Assembly: GCF_988243305.1 (NCBI RefSeq)
Contig: NZ_OZ547136.1
Strand: one strand, 5' to 3'
DNA: 64,000 nucleotides
Part shown: one piece after another, positions 12,301 through 21,070 of the stretch
Layout: every line of letters starts with the position of its first letter
How positions within the stretch are numbered: the first letter of the stretch is position 1
Position numbers and translations under genes: made by a program
The notes under the pieces: generated by a model
Database searches by the model: none
Seen by the model: only the letters and a program-made list of their open reading frames with translations
Told to the model about the DNA's origin: nothing

Positions 12301-13094
12301 ATGATGAATCACAGGCAAACGATGCTGTTAACCGCTACAAATTGCTGAAAAAAGATGCGCGTACCGTCGCCGCCCAGCAGGTAGCAAGGCTGGAATCCGC
12401 CATGTGCCTGCGCCGCCGCTGGTCGCCGGAAAACTTTCAGCTCTTCCTGGTTGAGCATCCGCTGGTTCGTCACTTAACCCGCCGTCTGATTTGGGGCGTT
12501 TATAGCACCGAAAACGAGCTACTGGCTTGCTTTCGCGTGGCGGAAGATAACAGCTACAGCACCGCAGACGATGATCTTTTCACCCTGCCGGAAGGCGATA
12601 TCTCTGTTGGCATTCCTCACGTTCTGGAAATATCACCCACGGATGCTGCCGCCTTTGGTCAACTTTTTGCCGACTACGAACTGCTACCGCCGTTCCGCCA
12701 GCTCGACCGTAACAGTTACGCCCTGACAGAAACCGAGCGCAATGCCAGCGAATTGACCCGCTGGGCAGGCAGAAAATGCCCGAGCGGTCGGGTAATGGGG
12801 CTGGCGAATAAAGGCTGGATGCGTGGTGAACCGCAGGACGGTGGCTGGATCGGCTGGATGATCAAACCGCTGGGCCGCTGGTCGTTAATCATGGAAATCG
12901 ATGAAGGTTTTGCGGTCGGCATGTCGCCAGCCGAACTCAGTGCCGAGCAACTCTTGAGTAAGCTGTGGCTATGGGAAGGCAAAGCGGAAAGCTATGGTTG
13001 GGGGAGTAATTCAACACAGGAAGCGCAGTTCTCCGTGCTCGATGCCATCACCGCCAGCGAACTCATTAACGATATTGAAGCCCTGTTTGAATAA
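9345..13094 (+). CDS. yehH: Large protein (1249 aa) with N-terminal WGR-like domain and a long C-terminal region; intact ortholog of the K-12 molR pseudogene
   Basis: Single uninterrupted 1249-aa ORF; N-terminus FWAVEQQGNELHINWGKVGTNGQ resembles a WGR domain; strong paralogy to the next gene across most of its length. Confidence 0.8.
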   Translation: MRHFIFQDEKSHKFWAVEQQGNELHINWGKVGTNGQSQVKSFADAAAAEKAELKLIAEKVKKGYVEELSSPSQPAIKIETIEVDTTGVAETTVVFDQSMVAEPAETPCPWLTDDSTIHLSEKKSQEALPSRRFPGDAVSEPQDSLLMNLGQDIHNLSGKITTYDFSACSANWQQNINEALANGPLSPAALAVQVVLVSRKFWGECPELMDEIVYVYGLEFAVDMFIAMQYISFDCTYHRTSIHITFQPLLNHAHCVTPFDVRLRKHLALAEETLWQRCVDKFITALPDIPPVQQPMVALMLPERPEIAEEVARRLLKQKNVQTVEWLKLVVQESSLLKALESYCAYDLFNDYYHGCIWNVTVLQEQGIAGIARFAPYAYADLCGSILEEINHPQALMLLIRVSGKTKRCHERMTKACAAFPHTALAALAELLAQKEENSWRIMLMTMLISQPALAEQVTPWLSTPAVAVLKSCQQQLTQPSNHASADMLPAVLVSPPWLSKKKKSVMPVLDLTPLPLESCCTLTETAEKEIHARHRWHAHQIDIGQKEDIQNYLTRLGFNRWNNGQYMKASDAVVELWQRGDYSALISEFKTFWHSYQREWQLYMLAALPIEKTAQAWNVLSKEPHVGVEFVMTHLQLAGLQGFIHSFSRYPQEALPVAQYFAAIELAPLIARAFNKLKTLRQDARTWLLKYPEHAITGLLPAALGKAGEAQDNARAALRMLIENDHQPLLQEIARRYNQPEVTDAVNAMLALDPLDNHPTKIPTLPAFYQPSIWTRPVLKANAQSLPDSALLRLGEMLRFPQEEALYPGLLQVKAACTADSLAEFTWDLFTAWLAAGAPSKESWAFTALGVLGNDDTARKLTPLIRAWPGESQHKRATVGLDILAAIGSDIALMQLNGIAQKLKFKALQERAKEKIADIAESRELTVAELEDRLAPDLGLDDNGSLLLDFGPRQFTVSFDETLKPFVRDVSGSRLKDLPKPNKSDDESQANDAVNRYKLLKKDARTVAAQQVARLESAMCLRRRWSPENFQLFLVEHPLVRHLTRRLIWGVYSTENELLACFRVAEDNSYSTADDDLFTLPEGDISVGIPHVLEISPTDAAAFGQLFADYELLPPFRQLDRNSYALTETERNASELTRWAGRKCPSGRVMGLANKGWMRGEPQDGGWIGWMIKPLGRWSLIMEIDEGFAVGMSPAELSAEQLLSKLWLWEGKAESYGWGSNSTQEAQFSVLDAITASELINDIEALFE

Positions 13095-13103
13095 GGAAAG
13101 AGC

Positions 13104-16100
13104 ATGGACAAGGAATTACCGTGGCTGGCGGATAACGCCCAAGTGGAACTGAAATATAAAAAAGGCAAAACGCCGCTCAGCCATCGCAGTTGGCCGGGCG
13201 AACCAGTGCCTGTTATCACTGAAAGCCTCATCCAGACACTGGGTGATGAATTGCTACAAAAAGCTGAGAAGAAAAAAAACATTGTCTGGCGTTATGAAAA
13301 TTTTTCACTGGAGTGGCAGTCGGCCATTACGCAGGCCATCAACTTGATCGGAGAACACAAACCCTCAGTTCCGGCCCGGACAATGGCGGCGCTAGCCTGT
13401 ATCGCGCAAAATGATAGCCAACAGTTGCTCGACGAAATCGTCCAACAAGAGGGACTGGAATATGCGACTGAGGTGGTGATTGCACGCCAGTTTATTGCAC
13501 GGTGTTATGAAAGTGATCCTCTGCTAGTGACATTGCAGTATCAGGACGAGGATTATGGCTATGGTTATCGCTCAGAAACCTATAACGAATTCGATCTCCG
13601 ACTGCGTAAGCATCTCTCTCTGGCAGAGGAAAGCAGCTGGCAGCGTTGCGCCGACAAACTCATTGCCGCACTGCCAGGAATAACCAAAGTTCGCCGCCCT
13701 TTTATTGCGCTGATCCTCCCGGAAAAACCAGAAATCGCCAATGAGTTGGTAGGCCTTGAATGCCCGCGGACTCATTTTCATTCTAAGGAGTGGTTAAAAG
13801 TTGTTGCTAATGACCCCAGAGCGGTGAAAAAACTCGAACGCTACTGGAGCCAGGATATATTTAGCGATCGGGAAGCCAGCTACATGTCGCATGAAAACCA
13901 CTTCGGCTACGCGGCCTGCGCTGCCCTTTTGCGCGAACAAGGACTGGCAGCCGTTCCACGCCTGATAATGTATGCCCATAAAGAAGATTGCGGCAGTCTG
14001 CTGGTACAAATTAACCATCCGCAGGTCATCCGCACCCTGCTGTTAGTTGCTGATAAAAACAAACCCAGCCTGCAACGTGTAGCTAAATACAGTAAAAATT
14101 TCCCCCATGCGACGCTTGCCGCACTGGCAGAGCTTCTGGCGTTAAAAGAACCGCCTGCACGCCCTGGTTATCCAATCATCGAAGACAAAAAGCTGCCTGC
14201 ACAGCAAAAAGCACGTGATGAATACTGGCGTACGCTGTTACAAACGCTGATGGCATCGCAGCCACAACTGGCAGAAGAGGTGATGCCGTGGTTAAGTACT
14301 CAAGCCCAGGCAGTGCTGAATAGTTATTTATCGGCACCGCCCAAAACGGTTATTGATAGCACCGATAACAGCCAAATGCCTGAAATCCTCGTTTCACCAC
14401 CGTGGCGTAGTAAGAAAAAAATGACAGTTCCACGTCTTGATTTGGCACCGTTCGAATTAACGCCGCAAGTTTACTGGCAACCAGGCGAACGAGAGAGGCT
14501 TGCCGCCACTGAGTCTGCCCGTTATTTCAGCACGGAATCTCTTGCGGAACGCATGGAACAAAAAAGTGGACGAGTTGTATTACAGGAGCTGGGTTTTGGA
14601 GATGATGTATGGCTGTTTTTGAATTATATACTCCCCGGAAAACTGGATGCTGCATGCAATTCACTCATTGTTCAGTGGCATTACTACCCAGGGCGGGTTG
14701 AAGAGATCATGAATGGCTGGAGCTCCCCGGAAGCTCAATTAGCAGAACAGGCGCTTCGCAACGGTCACGTAGAAGTGTTAATTAACATATGGGAAAATGA
14801 CAGCTACTCACGCTATCGTCGGGAAAAGAGTATCTGGAACCTGTATTTATTGGCGCAGTTGCCGCGTGAGATGGCTTTGACTTTCTGGCTACGTATCAAT
14901 GAGAAAAAGCATCTGTCTGCGGGTGAGGACTATTTTCTCAGTATCTTCGGATTGGATGCTCTACCAGGTCTGCTGTTGGCTTTTTCACATCGTCCAAAAG
15001 AAACATTTCCATTAATTTTAAATTTCGGCGCAACCGAACTGGCCCTGCCCGTTGCCCGCGTCTGGCGACGTTTCGCGGCGCAGCGTGATCTGGCTCGCCA
15101 GTGGATTTTACATTGGCCGGAACATACAGCTACTGCACTTATCCCTCTTGTCTTCACCAAATCCAGCGATAATAGCGAAGCTGCATTACTTGCCCTGCGT
15201 TTACTTTACGAACAGGGACATGGCGAGTTACTGCAAACCGTGGCAAACCGCTGGCAGCGTACAGATGTATGGCCTGCCCTGGAGCATTTACTTAAACAGA
15301 GTCCAATAGAGATTTACCCGACACGCATTCCAAAAGCCCCTGATTTCTGGCAGCCGGCAATGTGGTCCAGGCCGCGCCTTATCACGAATAATCAGCCTGT
15401 TACTGATGACGCTCTGGAAATTATCGGCGAAATGCTGCGCTTTACCCAAGGCGGACGTTTTTATTGCGGACTGGAACAGCTGAAAACGTTTTGCCAGCCG
15501 CAAACGTTGGCAGCCTTTGCCTGGGATCTTTTCACCGCGTGGCAACAAGCTGGTGCTCCCGCAAAAGACAACTGGGCATTTCTGGCGTTAAGTCTCTTTG
15601 GCGACGAAAGCACGGCACGGGATCTGACGACACTGATTCTCGCCTGGCCACAAGAGGGCAAATCTGCCCGTGCCGTCAGTGGTCTGAATATACTTACTCA
15701 GATGAATAATGATATGGCACTGATACAGCTGCATCATATATCGCAACGGGCGAAATCCCGCCCCTTACGTGATAACGCGGCGGAATTTCTTCATGTGGTC
15801 GCAGAAAATCGCGGTCTAAGCCAGGAACAGTTAGCGGACAGATTAGTCCCAACGCTGGGTCTTGATGATCCGCAGGCGTTGATTTTTGATTTTGGTCCAC
15901 GGCAATTTACCGTTCGCTTCGATGAAAACCTTAACCCGGTTATCTTTGATCAGCAAAACGTTCGCCAGAAAAGCGTTCCCCGGTTGCGCGCCGATGACGA
16001 TCAACTGAAAGCACCCGAGGCACTGGCCCGACTAAAAGGGCTAAAAAAAGATGCTACTCAGGTGAGCAAAAACCTGCTCCCGCGTCTTGAAACTGCCCTG

Positions 16101-16736
16101 CGCACCACCCGACGCTGGTCGCTGGCAGATTTTCATTCTCTGTTTGTTAATCATCCCTTTACCCGCCTGGTTACTCAGCGATTGATATGGGGTGTTTATC
16201 CGGCAAATGAACCGCGTTGTTTACTCAACGCCTTTCGTGTGGCCGCTGAGGGGGAGTTCTGCAATGAGCAAGATGAGCCAATTGACCTGCCTGCCGATGC
16301 TCTGATTGGCATTGCCCACCCGTTAGAAATGACAGCAGAAATGCGCAGTGAATTTGCACAGCTTTTTGCCGATTACGAAATTATGTCGCCTTTTCGCCAA
16401 TTGTCGCGCCGCACGGTGCTGCTCACGCCTGACGAGTCAGCCAGTAATAGTTTGAATCGCTGGGAAGGTAAATCTGCTACCGTTGGGCAACTTATGGGAT
16501 TGCGATACAAAGGCTGGGAGTCAGGCTATGAGAACGCATTTGTCTATGACCTGGGCGAGTACCGGCTGGTCCTTAAGTTTTCATCCGGTTTTAACCACTA
16601 CAATGTTGATAGCAAAGCGCTAATGAGCTTCCGTTCTCTTCATGTATACCGTGAGAATAAATCCGTCACTTTTGCCGAACTTGATGTGTTTGATTTGAGT
16701 GAGGCGTTAAGCGCACCCGACGTCATTTTCCATTAA
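13104..16736 (+). CDS. yehI: Large protein (1210 aa), paralog of YehH lacking the WGR-like N-terminus
   Basis: 1210-aa ORF; shares with yehH blocks such as FD(V/L)RLRKHL(A/S)LAEE..WQRC.DK, GEMLRF, AF.WDLFTAW..AGAP.K..WAF.AL, LDFGPRQFTV.FDE.L.P; AAGGAAAG RBS before ATG 13104. Confidence 0.85.
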   Translation: MDKELPWLADNAQVELKYKKGKTPLSHRSWPGEPVPVITESLIQTLGDELLQKAEKKKNIVWRYENFSLEWQSAITQAINLIGEHKPSVPARTMAALACIAQNDSQQLLDEIVQQEGLEYATEVVIARQFIARCYESDPLLVTLQYQDEDYGYGYRSETYNEFDLRLRKHLSLAEESSWQRCADKLIAALPGITKVRRPFIALILPEKPEIANELVGLECPRTHFHSKEWLKVVANDPRAVKKLERYWSQDIFSDREASYMSHENHFGYAACAALLREQGLAAVPRLIMYAHKEDCGSLLVQINHPQVIRTLLLVADKNKPSLQRVAKYSKNFPHATLAALAELLALKEPPARPGYPIIEDKKLPAQQKARDEYWRTLLQTLMASQPQLAEEVMPWLSTQAQAVLNSYLSAPPKTVIDSTDNSQMPEILVSPPWRSKKKMTVPRLDLAPFELTPQVYWQPGERERLAATESARYFSTESLAERMEQKSGRVVLQELGFGDDVWLFLNYILPGKLDAACNSLIVQWHYYPGRVEEIMNGWSSPEAQLAEQALRNGHVEVLINIWENDSYSRYRREKSIWNLYLLAQLPREMALTFWLRINEKKHLSAGEDYFLSIFGLDALPGLLLAFSHRPKETFPLILNFGATELALPVARVWRRFAAQRDLARQWILHWPEHTATALIPLVFTKSSDNSEAALLALRLLYEQGHGELLQTVANRWQRTDVWPALEHLLKQSPIEIYPTRIPKAPDFWQPAMWSRPRLITNNQPVTDDALEIIGEMLRFTQGGRFYCGLEQLKTFCQPQTLAAFAWDLFTAWQQAGAPAKDNWAFLALSLFGDESTARDLTTLILAWPQEGKSARAVSGLNILTQMNNDMALIQLHHISQRAKSRPLRDNAAEFLHVVAENRGLSQEQLADRLVPTLGLDDPQALIFDFGPRQFTVRFDENLNPVIFDQQNVRQKSVPRLRADDDQLKAPEALARLKGLKKDATQVSKNLLPRLETALRTTRRWSLADFHSLFVNHPFTRLVTQRLIWGVYPANEPRCLLNAFRVAAEGEFCNEQDEPIDLPADALIGIAHPLEMTAEMRSEFAQLFADYEIMSPFRQLSRRTVLLTPDESASNSLNRWEGKSATVGQLMGLRYKGWESGYENAFVYDLGEYRLVLKFSSGFNHYNVDSKALMSFRSLHVYRENKSVTFAELDVFDLSEALSAPDVIFH

Positions 16737-16795
16737 AACACAGCGGGCAGTGATGCGACTGCCCATTTTCAACACGACTTACCAACGGGAAAGCG

Positions 16796-17116
16796 ATGAT
16801 CGTGCAAAAAGAGCTGGTCGCTATTTACGATTATGAGGTCCCTGTACCTGAAGATCCGTTTTCCTTCAGACTTGAGGTCCATAAACGCTCTGAATTATTT
16901 ACAGGTTCCGTCTACCGGTTGGAGCGATTCCGGCCACATCCAACATTTCATCAACGTGATCGAGAGGATGTCGACCCGCTAATAAATGATGCATTGATTT
17001 ATATAAGAGATGAATTTATTGATGAGCGAAAATTACGAGGCGAATCACCTGAACCTGTAATAGTAATTTTTAATTGTGAACTACAGAATATATTCAACCA
17101 ACAAATAGAAAAATAG
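16796..17116 (+). CDS. yehK: Small protein of unknown function (about 105 aa)
   Basis: 106-codon ORF with ATG at 16796; conserved position between yehI and yehL. Confidence 0.7.
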   Translation: MIVQKELVAIYDYEVPVPEDPFSFRLEVHKRSELFTGSVYRLERFRPHPTFHQRDREDVDPLINDALIYIRDEFIDERKLRGESPEPVIVIFNCELQNIFNQQIEK

Positions 17117-17124
17117 CTTTATTA

Positions 17125-17148
17125 AAGGGGGAAACGGTATTCCCCCTT
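17125..17148. terminator. Hairpin between convergent yehK and the zorO-like gene
   Basis: AAGGGGG...CCCCCTT stem (17125-17131 / 17142-17148) lying between the 3' ends of two convergent genes; U-tracts are weak. Confidence 0.45.
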
Positions 17149-17169
17149 AGATGCGTTTCAATTTGCCCG

Positions 17170-17259
17170 TTACTTCAACAAATCAATCAACCGTAACAGA
17201 GCCACTAATAGCTCCAGTACGGCAATGAGCACGGTTAACTTTTGTGTCAGCGTGTCCAT
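17170..17259 (-). CDS. zorO: ZorO-like type I toxin, small hydrophobic peptide (29 aa): MDTLTQKLTVLIAVLELLVALLRLIDLLK
   Basis: 30-codon ORF on the minus strand (ATG 17257-17259, TAA 17170-17172) with an AAGGAG RBS 6 nt upstream. The single amphipathic/hydrophobic helix ending in LLK resembles the ShoB/TisB/DinQ/ZorO peptide class as I recall it. Absent from the ORF track because it is under 60 aa. Confidence 0.7.
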   Translation of the reverse strand: MDTLTQKLTVLIAVLELLVALLRLIDLLK

Positions 17260-17440
17260 CCGCTCTCCTTATTAAGGAGCGCAACACCAGCACCTTACCC
17301 TTACACTGCCTGTCGATACCGGTTTACGTATGTTGGACCACGATGTTGCACTCCGGATCAGGGCACCACCTGCAGCACCACCCGTCCGGTAGCCAGGACT
17401 TAAAATTGGTCCGATCCGGCGCAACGTCCCAACCGTCTGG

Positions 17441-17491
17441 ATTATAAATCTCATTATCTTAATTGCAACGGGGTCCACCGATGGTTATAAT
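17441..17491. promoter_or_regulatory. Back-to-back sigma70-like promoters for zorO (minus) and the OrzO-like sRNA (plus) sharing a palindromic -35
   Basis: TTGCAA at 17463-17468 is its own reverse complement; 17 bp downstream on plus is TATAAT (17486-17491); 16 bp away on minus is TATAAT (complement of 17441-17446). Predicted zorO TSS near 17433 gives a 5' UTR of about 174 nt. Confidence 0.55.
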
Positions 17492-17497
17492 TCGTTC

Positions 17498-17581
17498 GTT
17501 GGAACACGATGTTGCACAGGCTGCGGTGTTGGGCCTGAAAATAGTAAATAAAAGAACCTGCCTCACCAGCAGGTTTTTTTA
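17498..17581 (+). ncRNA. orzO: OrzO-like antitoxin sRNA (about 85 nt) predicted to pair with the zorO 5' UTR
   Basis: Consensus promoter immediately upstream; strong intrinsic terminator ACCTGC-CTCACCA-GCAGGT + T8 at 17556-17581. The sRNA segment 17501-17517 (GGAACACGATGTTGCAC) repeats plus-strand 17335-17351 (GGACCACGATGTTGCAC) inside the zorO leader, so the two transcripts are complementary over 13 contiguous (16 of 17) nt. Confidence 0.6.
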
Positions 17582-17691
17582 TTTACTGTGATCTGCTTTC
17601 CAGATATTTTTCGCTCAAACAACTAATGCGGCAAACATTTATTGCGCGTAAAATATCGTTTATTTCATTAATACATTTCAGGGATGAATAT

Positions 17692-18780
17692 ATGTCACCG
17701 CAGAATAATCATCTGCAGCGTCCGCCTGCCGCTGTGTTATACGCCGATGAACTGGCAAAATTAAAACAAAATGATAACGCACCTTGCCCGCCCGGTTGGC
17801 AGTTAAGTTTGCCTGCGGCCCGTGCTTTTATCCTTGGCGATAGCGCGCAAAATATTAGCCGTAAAGTGGTGATTAGTCCCTCCGCTGTCGAACGTATGTT
17901 AGTCACTCTTGCCACCGGGCGCGGTTTGATGTTGGTGGGGGAACCTGGCACCGCAAAATCTCTCCTGTCTGAATTACTGGCAACCGCTATTAGCGGCGAT
18001 GCCGGGTTAACCATCCAGGGCGGCGCATCTACTACTGAAGATCAAATCAAGTACGGCTGGAACTACGCCCTGCTTATCAACCATGGTCCGTCAACGGAAG
18101 CACTGGTCCCTGCCCCGCTTTACCAGGGAATGCGCGACGGCAAAATTGTCCGTTTTGAAGAGATAACGCGTACACCGCTGGAAGTACAAGACTGTCTGTT
18201 AGGTATGCTTTCTGACAGGGTAATGACGGTGCCAGAACTCACTGGTGAAGCCAGTCAGCTCTATGCGCGGGAAGGCTTTAATATTATTGCCACTGCCAAT
18301 ACCCGCGATCGCGGCGTCAATGAAATGAGTGCTGCGCTAAAGCGTCGCTTCGATTTTGAAACTGTCTTTCCGATTATGGATTTCGCTCAGGAGCTGGAGC
18401 TTGTCGCCAGTGCTTCGGCGCGTTTGCTGGCCCATAGCGGTATTCCGCATAAAGTGCCTGACGCGGTACTGGAGTTACTGGTCCGCACCTTCCGCGATCT
18501 GCGTGCCAACGGCGAAAAGAAAACGTCAATGGATACACTAACAGCGATTATGTCCACCGCTGAAGCCGTGAACGTGGCCCACGCTGTGGGCGTCCGCGCC
18601 TGGTTTTTAGCGAATCGCGCAGGTGAGCCAGCCGATCTGGTGGACTGTATTGCCGGAACCATCGTCAAAGATAACGAAGAAGATCGCGCTCGTCTGCGCC
18701 GTTACTTCGAACAGCGTGTCGCCACACATAAAGAAGCTCACTGGCAGGCTTATTATCAAGCCCGCCACCGCCTGCCGTGA
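17692..18780 (+). CDS. yehL: MoxR-family AAA+ ATPase (362 aa)
   Basis: Walker A GEPGTAKS, Walker B-like VRFEEI, sensor-1 IIATANTR and LKRRF arginine region visible in translation; AGGGA RBS before ATG 17692. Confidence 0.85.
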   Translation: MSPQNNHLQRPPAAVLYADELAKLKQNDNAPCPPGWQLSLPAARAFILGDSAQNISRKVVISPSAVERMLVTLATGRGLMLVGEPGTAKSLLSELLATAISGDAGLTIQGGASTTEDQIKYGWNYALLINHGPSTEALVPAPLYQGMRDGKIVRFEEITRTPLEVQDCLLGMLSDRVMTVPELTGEASQLYAREGFNIIATANTRDRGVNEMSAALKRRFDFETVFPIMDFAQELELVASASARLLAHSGIPHKVPDAVLELLVRTFRDLRANGEKKTSMDTLTAIMSTAEAVNVAHAVGVRAWFLANRAGEPADLVDCIAGTIVKDNEEDRARLRRYFEQRVATHKEAHWQAYYQARHRLP

Positions 18781-18790
18781 GGAAAGATGC

Positions 18791-21070
18791 ATGAGCGAGC
18801 CGTTAATTGTCGGCATCCGGCATCATAGTCCAGCCTGCGCCCGGCTGGTGAAATCGTTAATCGAAAGCCAGCGGCCACGATACGTGTTGATTGAAGGCCC
18901 GGCTGATTTTAATGACCGGGTAGACGAACTGTTTTTAGCCCACCAGCTTCCGGTAGCTATTTACAGTTATTGCCAGTATCAGGACGGTGCAGCCCCCGGG
19001 CGTGGTGCCTGGACGCCATTTGCTGAATTTTCGCCGGAGTGGCAGGCGCTACAAGCCGCTCGTCGTATTCAGGCACAAACTTACTTCATCGATTTGCCTT
19101 GCTGGGCGCAGAGTGAAGAAGAGGACGATTCGCCTGATACGCAAGAGGAAAGCCAGACCTTGCTGCTGCGTGCCACCCGCATGGATAACAGCGACACCCT
19201 GTGGGATTACTTGTTCGAAGATGAAAGCCAGCAAACTGCATTACCCTCTGCACTGGCGCACTATTTTGCCCAACTGCGGGGCGACGCCCCCGGAGATGCT
19301 CTCAATCGTCAGCGCGAAGCCTTTATGGCCCGCTGGATTGGATGGGCGATGCAGCAAAATAATGGCGACGTGTTAGTTGTCTGCGGTGGCTGGCACGCTC
19401 CGGCACTGGCAAAAATGTGGCGCGAATGTCCGCAGGTAATTAACACGCCAGAATTGCCGTCGCTGGCAGATGCCGTTACAGGTTGTTATCTCACCCCCTA
19501 CAGTGAAAAGCGCCTTGATGTGCTGGCAGGATACCTTTCAGGAATGCCTGCCCCGGTCTGGCAAAACTGGTGCTGGCAGTGGGGCTTACAGCAGGCGGGA
19601 GAACAACTGCTAAAAACGGTTCTCACCCGTTTGCGCCAGCACAAGTTGCCTGCTTCGACCGCGGATATGGCTGCCGCTCATCTGCATGCGATGGCACTGG
19701 CACAGTTGCGCGGTCATACACTACCGTTACGCACTGACTGGCTGGATGCCATAGCAGGATCGCTGATTAAAGAAGCCCTGAATGCGCCGTTGCCGTGGAG
19801 CTATCGCGGCGTTATTCATCCCGATACCGATCCGATTCTGCTAACGTTGATAGACACATTAGCGGGTGACGGATTCGGTAAACTTGCCCCTTCTACGCCA
19901 CAACCGCCTCTGCCAAAAGATGTCACCTGCGAACTGGAACGTACCGCAATCTCTCTTCCGGCGGAGCTTACCTTAAATCGCTTTAACCCCGATGGACTGG
20001 CGCAAAGTCAGGTGTTACATCGGCTGGTAATACTGGAGATCCCAGGGGTTGTGCGCCAGCAGGGAAGTACACTGACACTTGCAGGCAACGGTGAAGAACG
20101 CTGGAAATTAACCCGCCCGCTTAGCCAACATGCGGCATTGATTGAGGCCGCCTGCTTTGGTGCAACACTCCAGGAAGCCGCACGCCATAAATTAGAAGCC
20201 GATATGCTGGACGCGGGTGGAATCGGCTGCATCACCACATGTCTTAGCCAGGCGGCGTTAGCGGGTCTGGCGTCCTTCAGTCAACAATTACTGGAGCAAC
20301 TTACATTATTAATCGCCCAGGAAAATCAGTTTGCCGAAATGGGCCAGGCGCTGGAAGTGCTATACGCCTTATGGCGGCTGGATGAAATTAGCGGTATGCA
20401 AGGCGCGCAGATATTACAGACGACGTTATGCGCGGCTATCGATCGCACACTCTGGCTGTGTGAATCCAACGGCAGACCGGAGGAAAAGGAGTTTCACGCT
20501 CACCTGCATAGCTGGCAGGCGCTTTGCCATATCCTGCGCGATCTACATAGCGGCGTTAATTTACCCGGCGTTTCGCTTTCTGCGGCGGTAGCCTTACTGG
20601 AGCGCCGCAGTCAGGCGATTCATGCCCCGGCGCTGGATCGCGGCGCGGCTCTTGGCGCACTAATGCGTCTGGAACATCCCAACGCCAGTGCCGAAGCGGC
20701 GCTGACAATGCTGGCGCAATTATCCCCGGCACAATCCGGCGAAGCGCTGCACGGTTTGCTGGCGCTGGCCCGCCATCAACTGGCCTGTCAGCCGGCATTT
20801 ATCGCCGGTTTCAGTAGTCATTTAAATCAACTGAGTGACGACGATTTTATTAACGCCCTGCCCGATTTACGCGCGGCGATGGCCTGGCTACCACCACGAG
20901 AACGCGGGACGCTGGCGCATCAGGTGCTTGAGCATTACCAGCTCGCACAGCTTCCCGTTTCAGCGCTGCAAATGCCGTTGCATTGTCCACCACAAGCCAT
21001 TGCACATCATCAACAACTCGAACAGCAGGCACTGGCATCGCTGCAACACTGGGGAGTTTTCCATGTCTGA
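18791..21070 (+). CDS. yehM: Large uncharacterized protein (759 aa), partner of the MoxR/vWA pair
   Basis: ATG at 18791 with GAGGAAAG RBS directly after the yehL stop; no motif recognisable by eye; 3' end overlaps the yehP start (ATGTCTGA). Confidence 0.8.
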   Translation: MSEPLIVGIRHHSPACARLVKSLIESQRPRYVLIEGPADFNDRVDELFLAHQLPVAIYSYCQYQDGAAPGRGAWTPFAEFSPEWQALQAARRIQAQTYFIDLPCWAQSEEEDDSPDTQEESQTLLLRATRMDNSDTLWDYLFEDESQQTALPSALAHYFAQLRGDAPGDALNRQREAFMARWIGWAMQQNNGDVLVVCGGWHAPALAKMWRECPQVINTPELPSLADAVTGCYLTPYSEKRLDVLAGYLSGMPAPVWQNWCWQWGLQQAGEQLLKTVLTRLRQHKLPASTADMAAAHLHAMALAQLRGHTLPLRTDWLDAIAGSLIKEALNAPLPWSYRGVIHPDTDPILLTLIDTLAGDGFGKLAPSTPQPPLPKDVTCELERTAISLPAELTLNRFNPDGLAQSQVLHRLVILEIPGVVRQQGSTLTLAGNGEERWKLTRPLSQHAALIEAACFGATLQEAARHKLEADMLDAGGIGCITTCLSQAALAGLASFSQQLLEQLTLLIAQENQFAEMGQALEVLYALWRLDEISGMQGAQILQTTLCAAIDRTLWLCESNGRPEEKEFHAHLHSWQALCHILRDLHSGVNLPGVSLSAAVALLERRSQAIHAPALDRGAALGALMRLEHPNASAEAALTMLAQLSPAQSGEALHGLLALARHQLACQPAFIAGFSSHLNQLSDDDFINALPDLRAAMAWLPPRERGTLAHQVLEHYQLAQLPVSALQMPLHCPPQAIAHHQQLEQQALASLQHWGVFHV

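Noticed and set aside
17244-17478. 67-aa and 68-aa ORFs in the yehK-yehL intergenic region
   Set aside because: They lie across the predicted toxin leader and divergent promoter region, lack an RBS, and are better explained as non-coding UTR; the real coding feature is the 29-codon ORF at 17170-17259.
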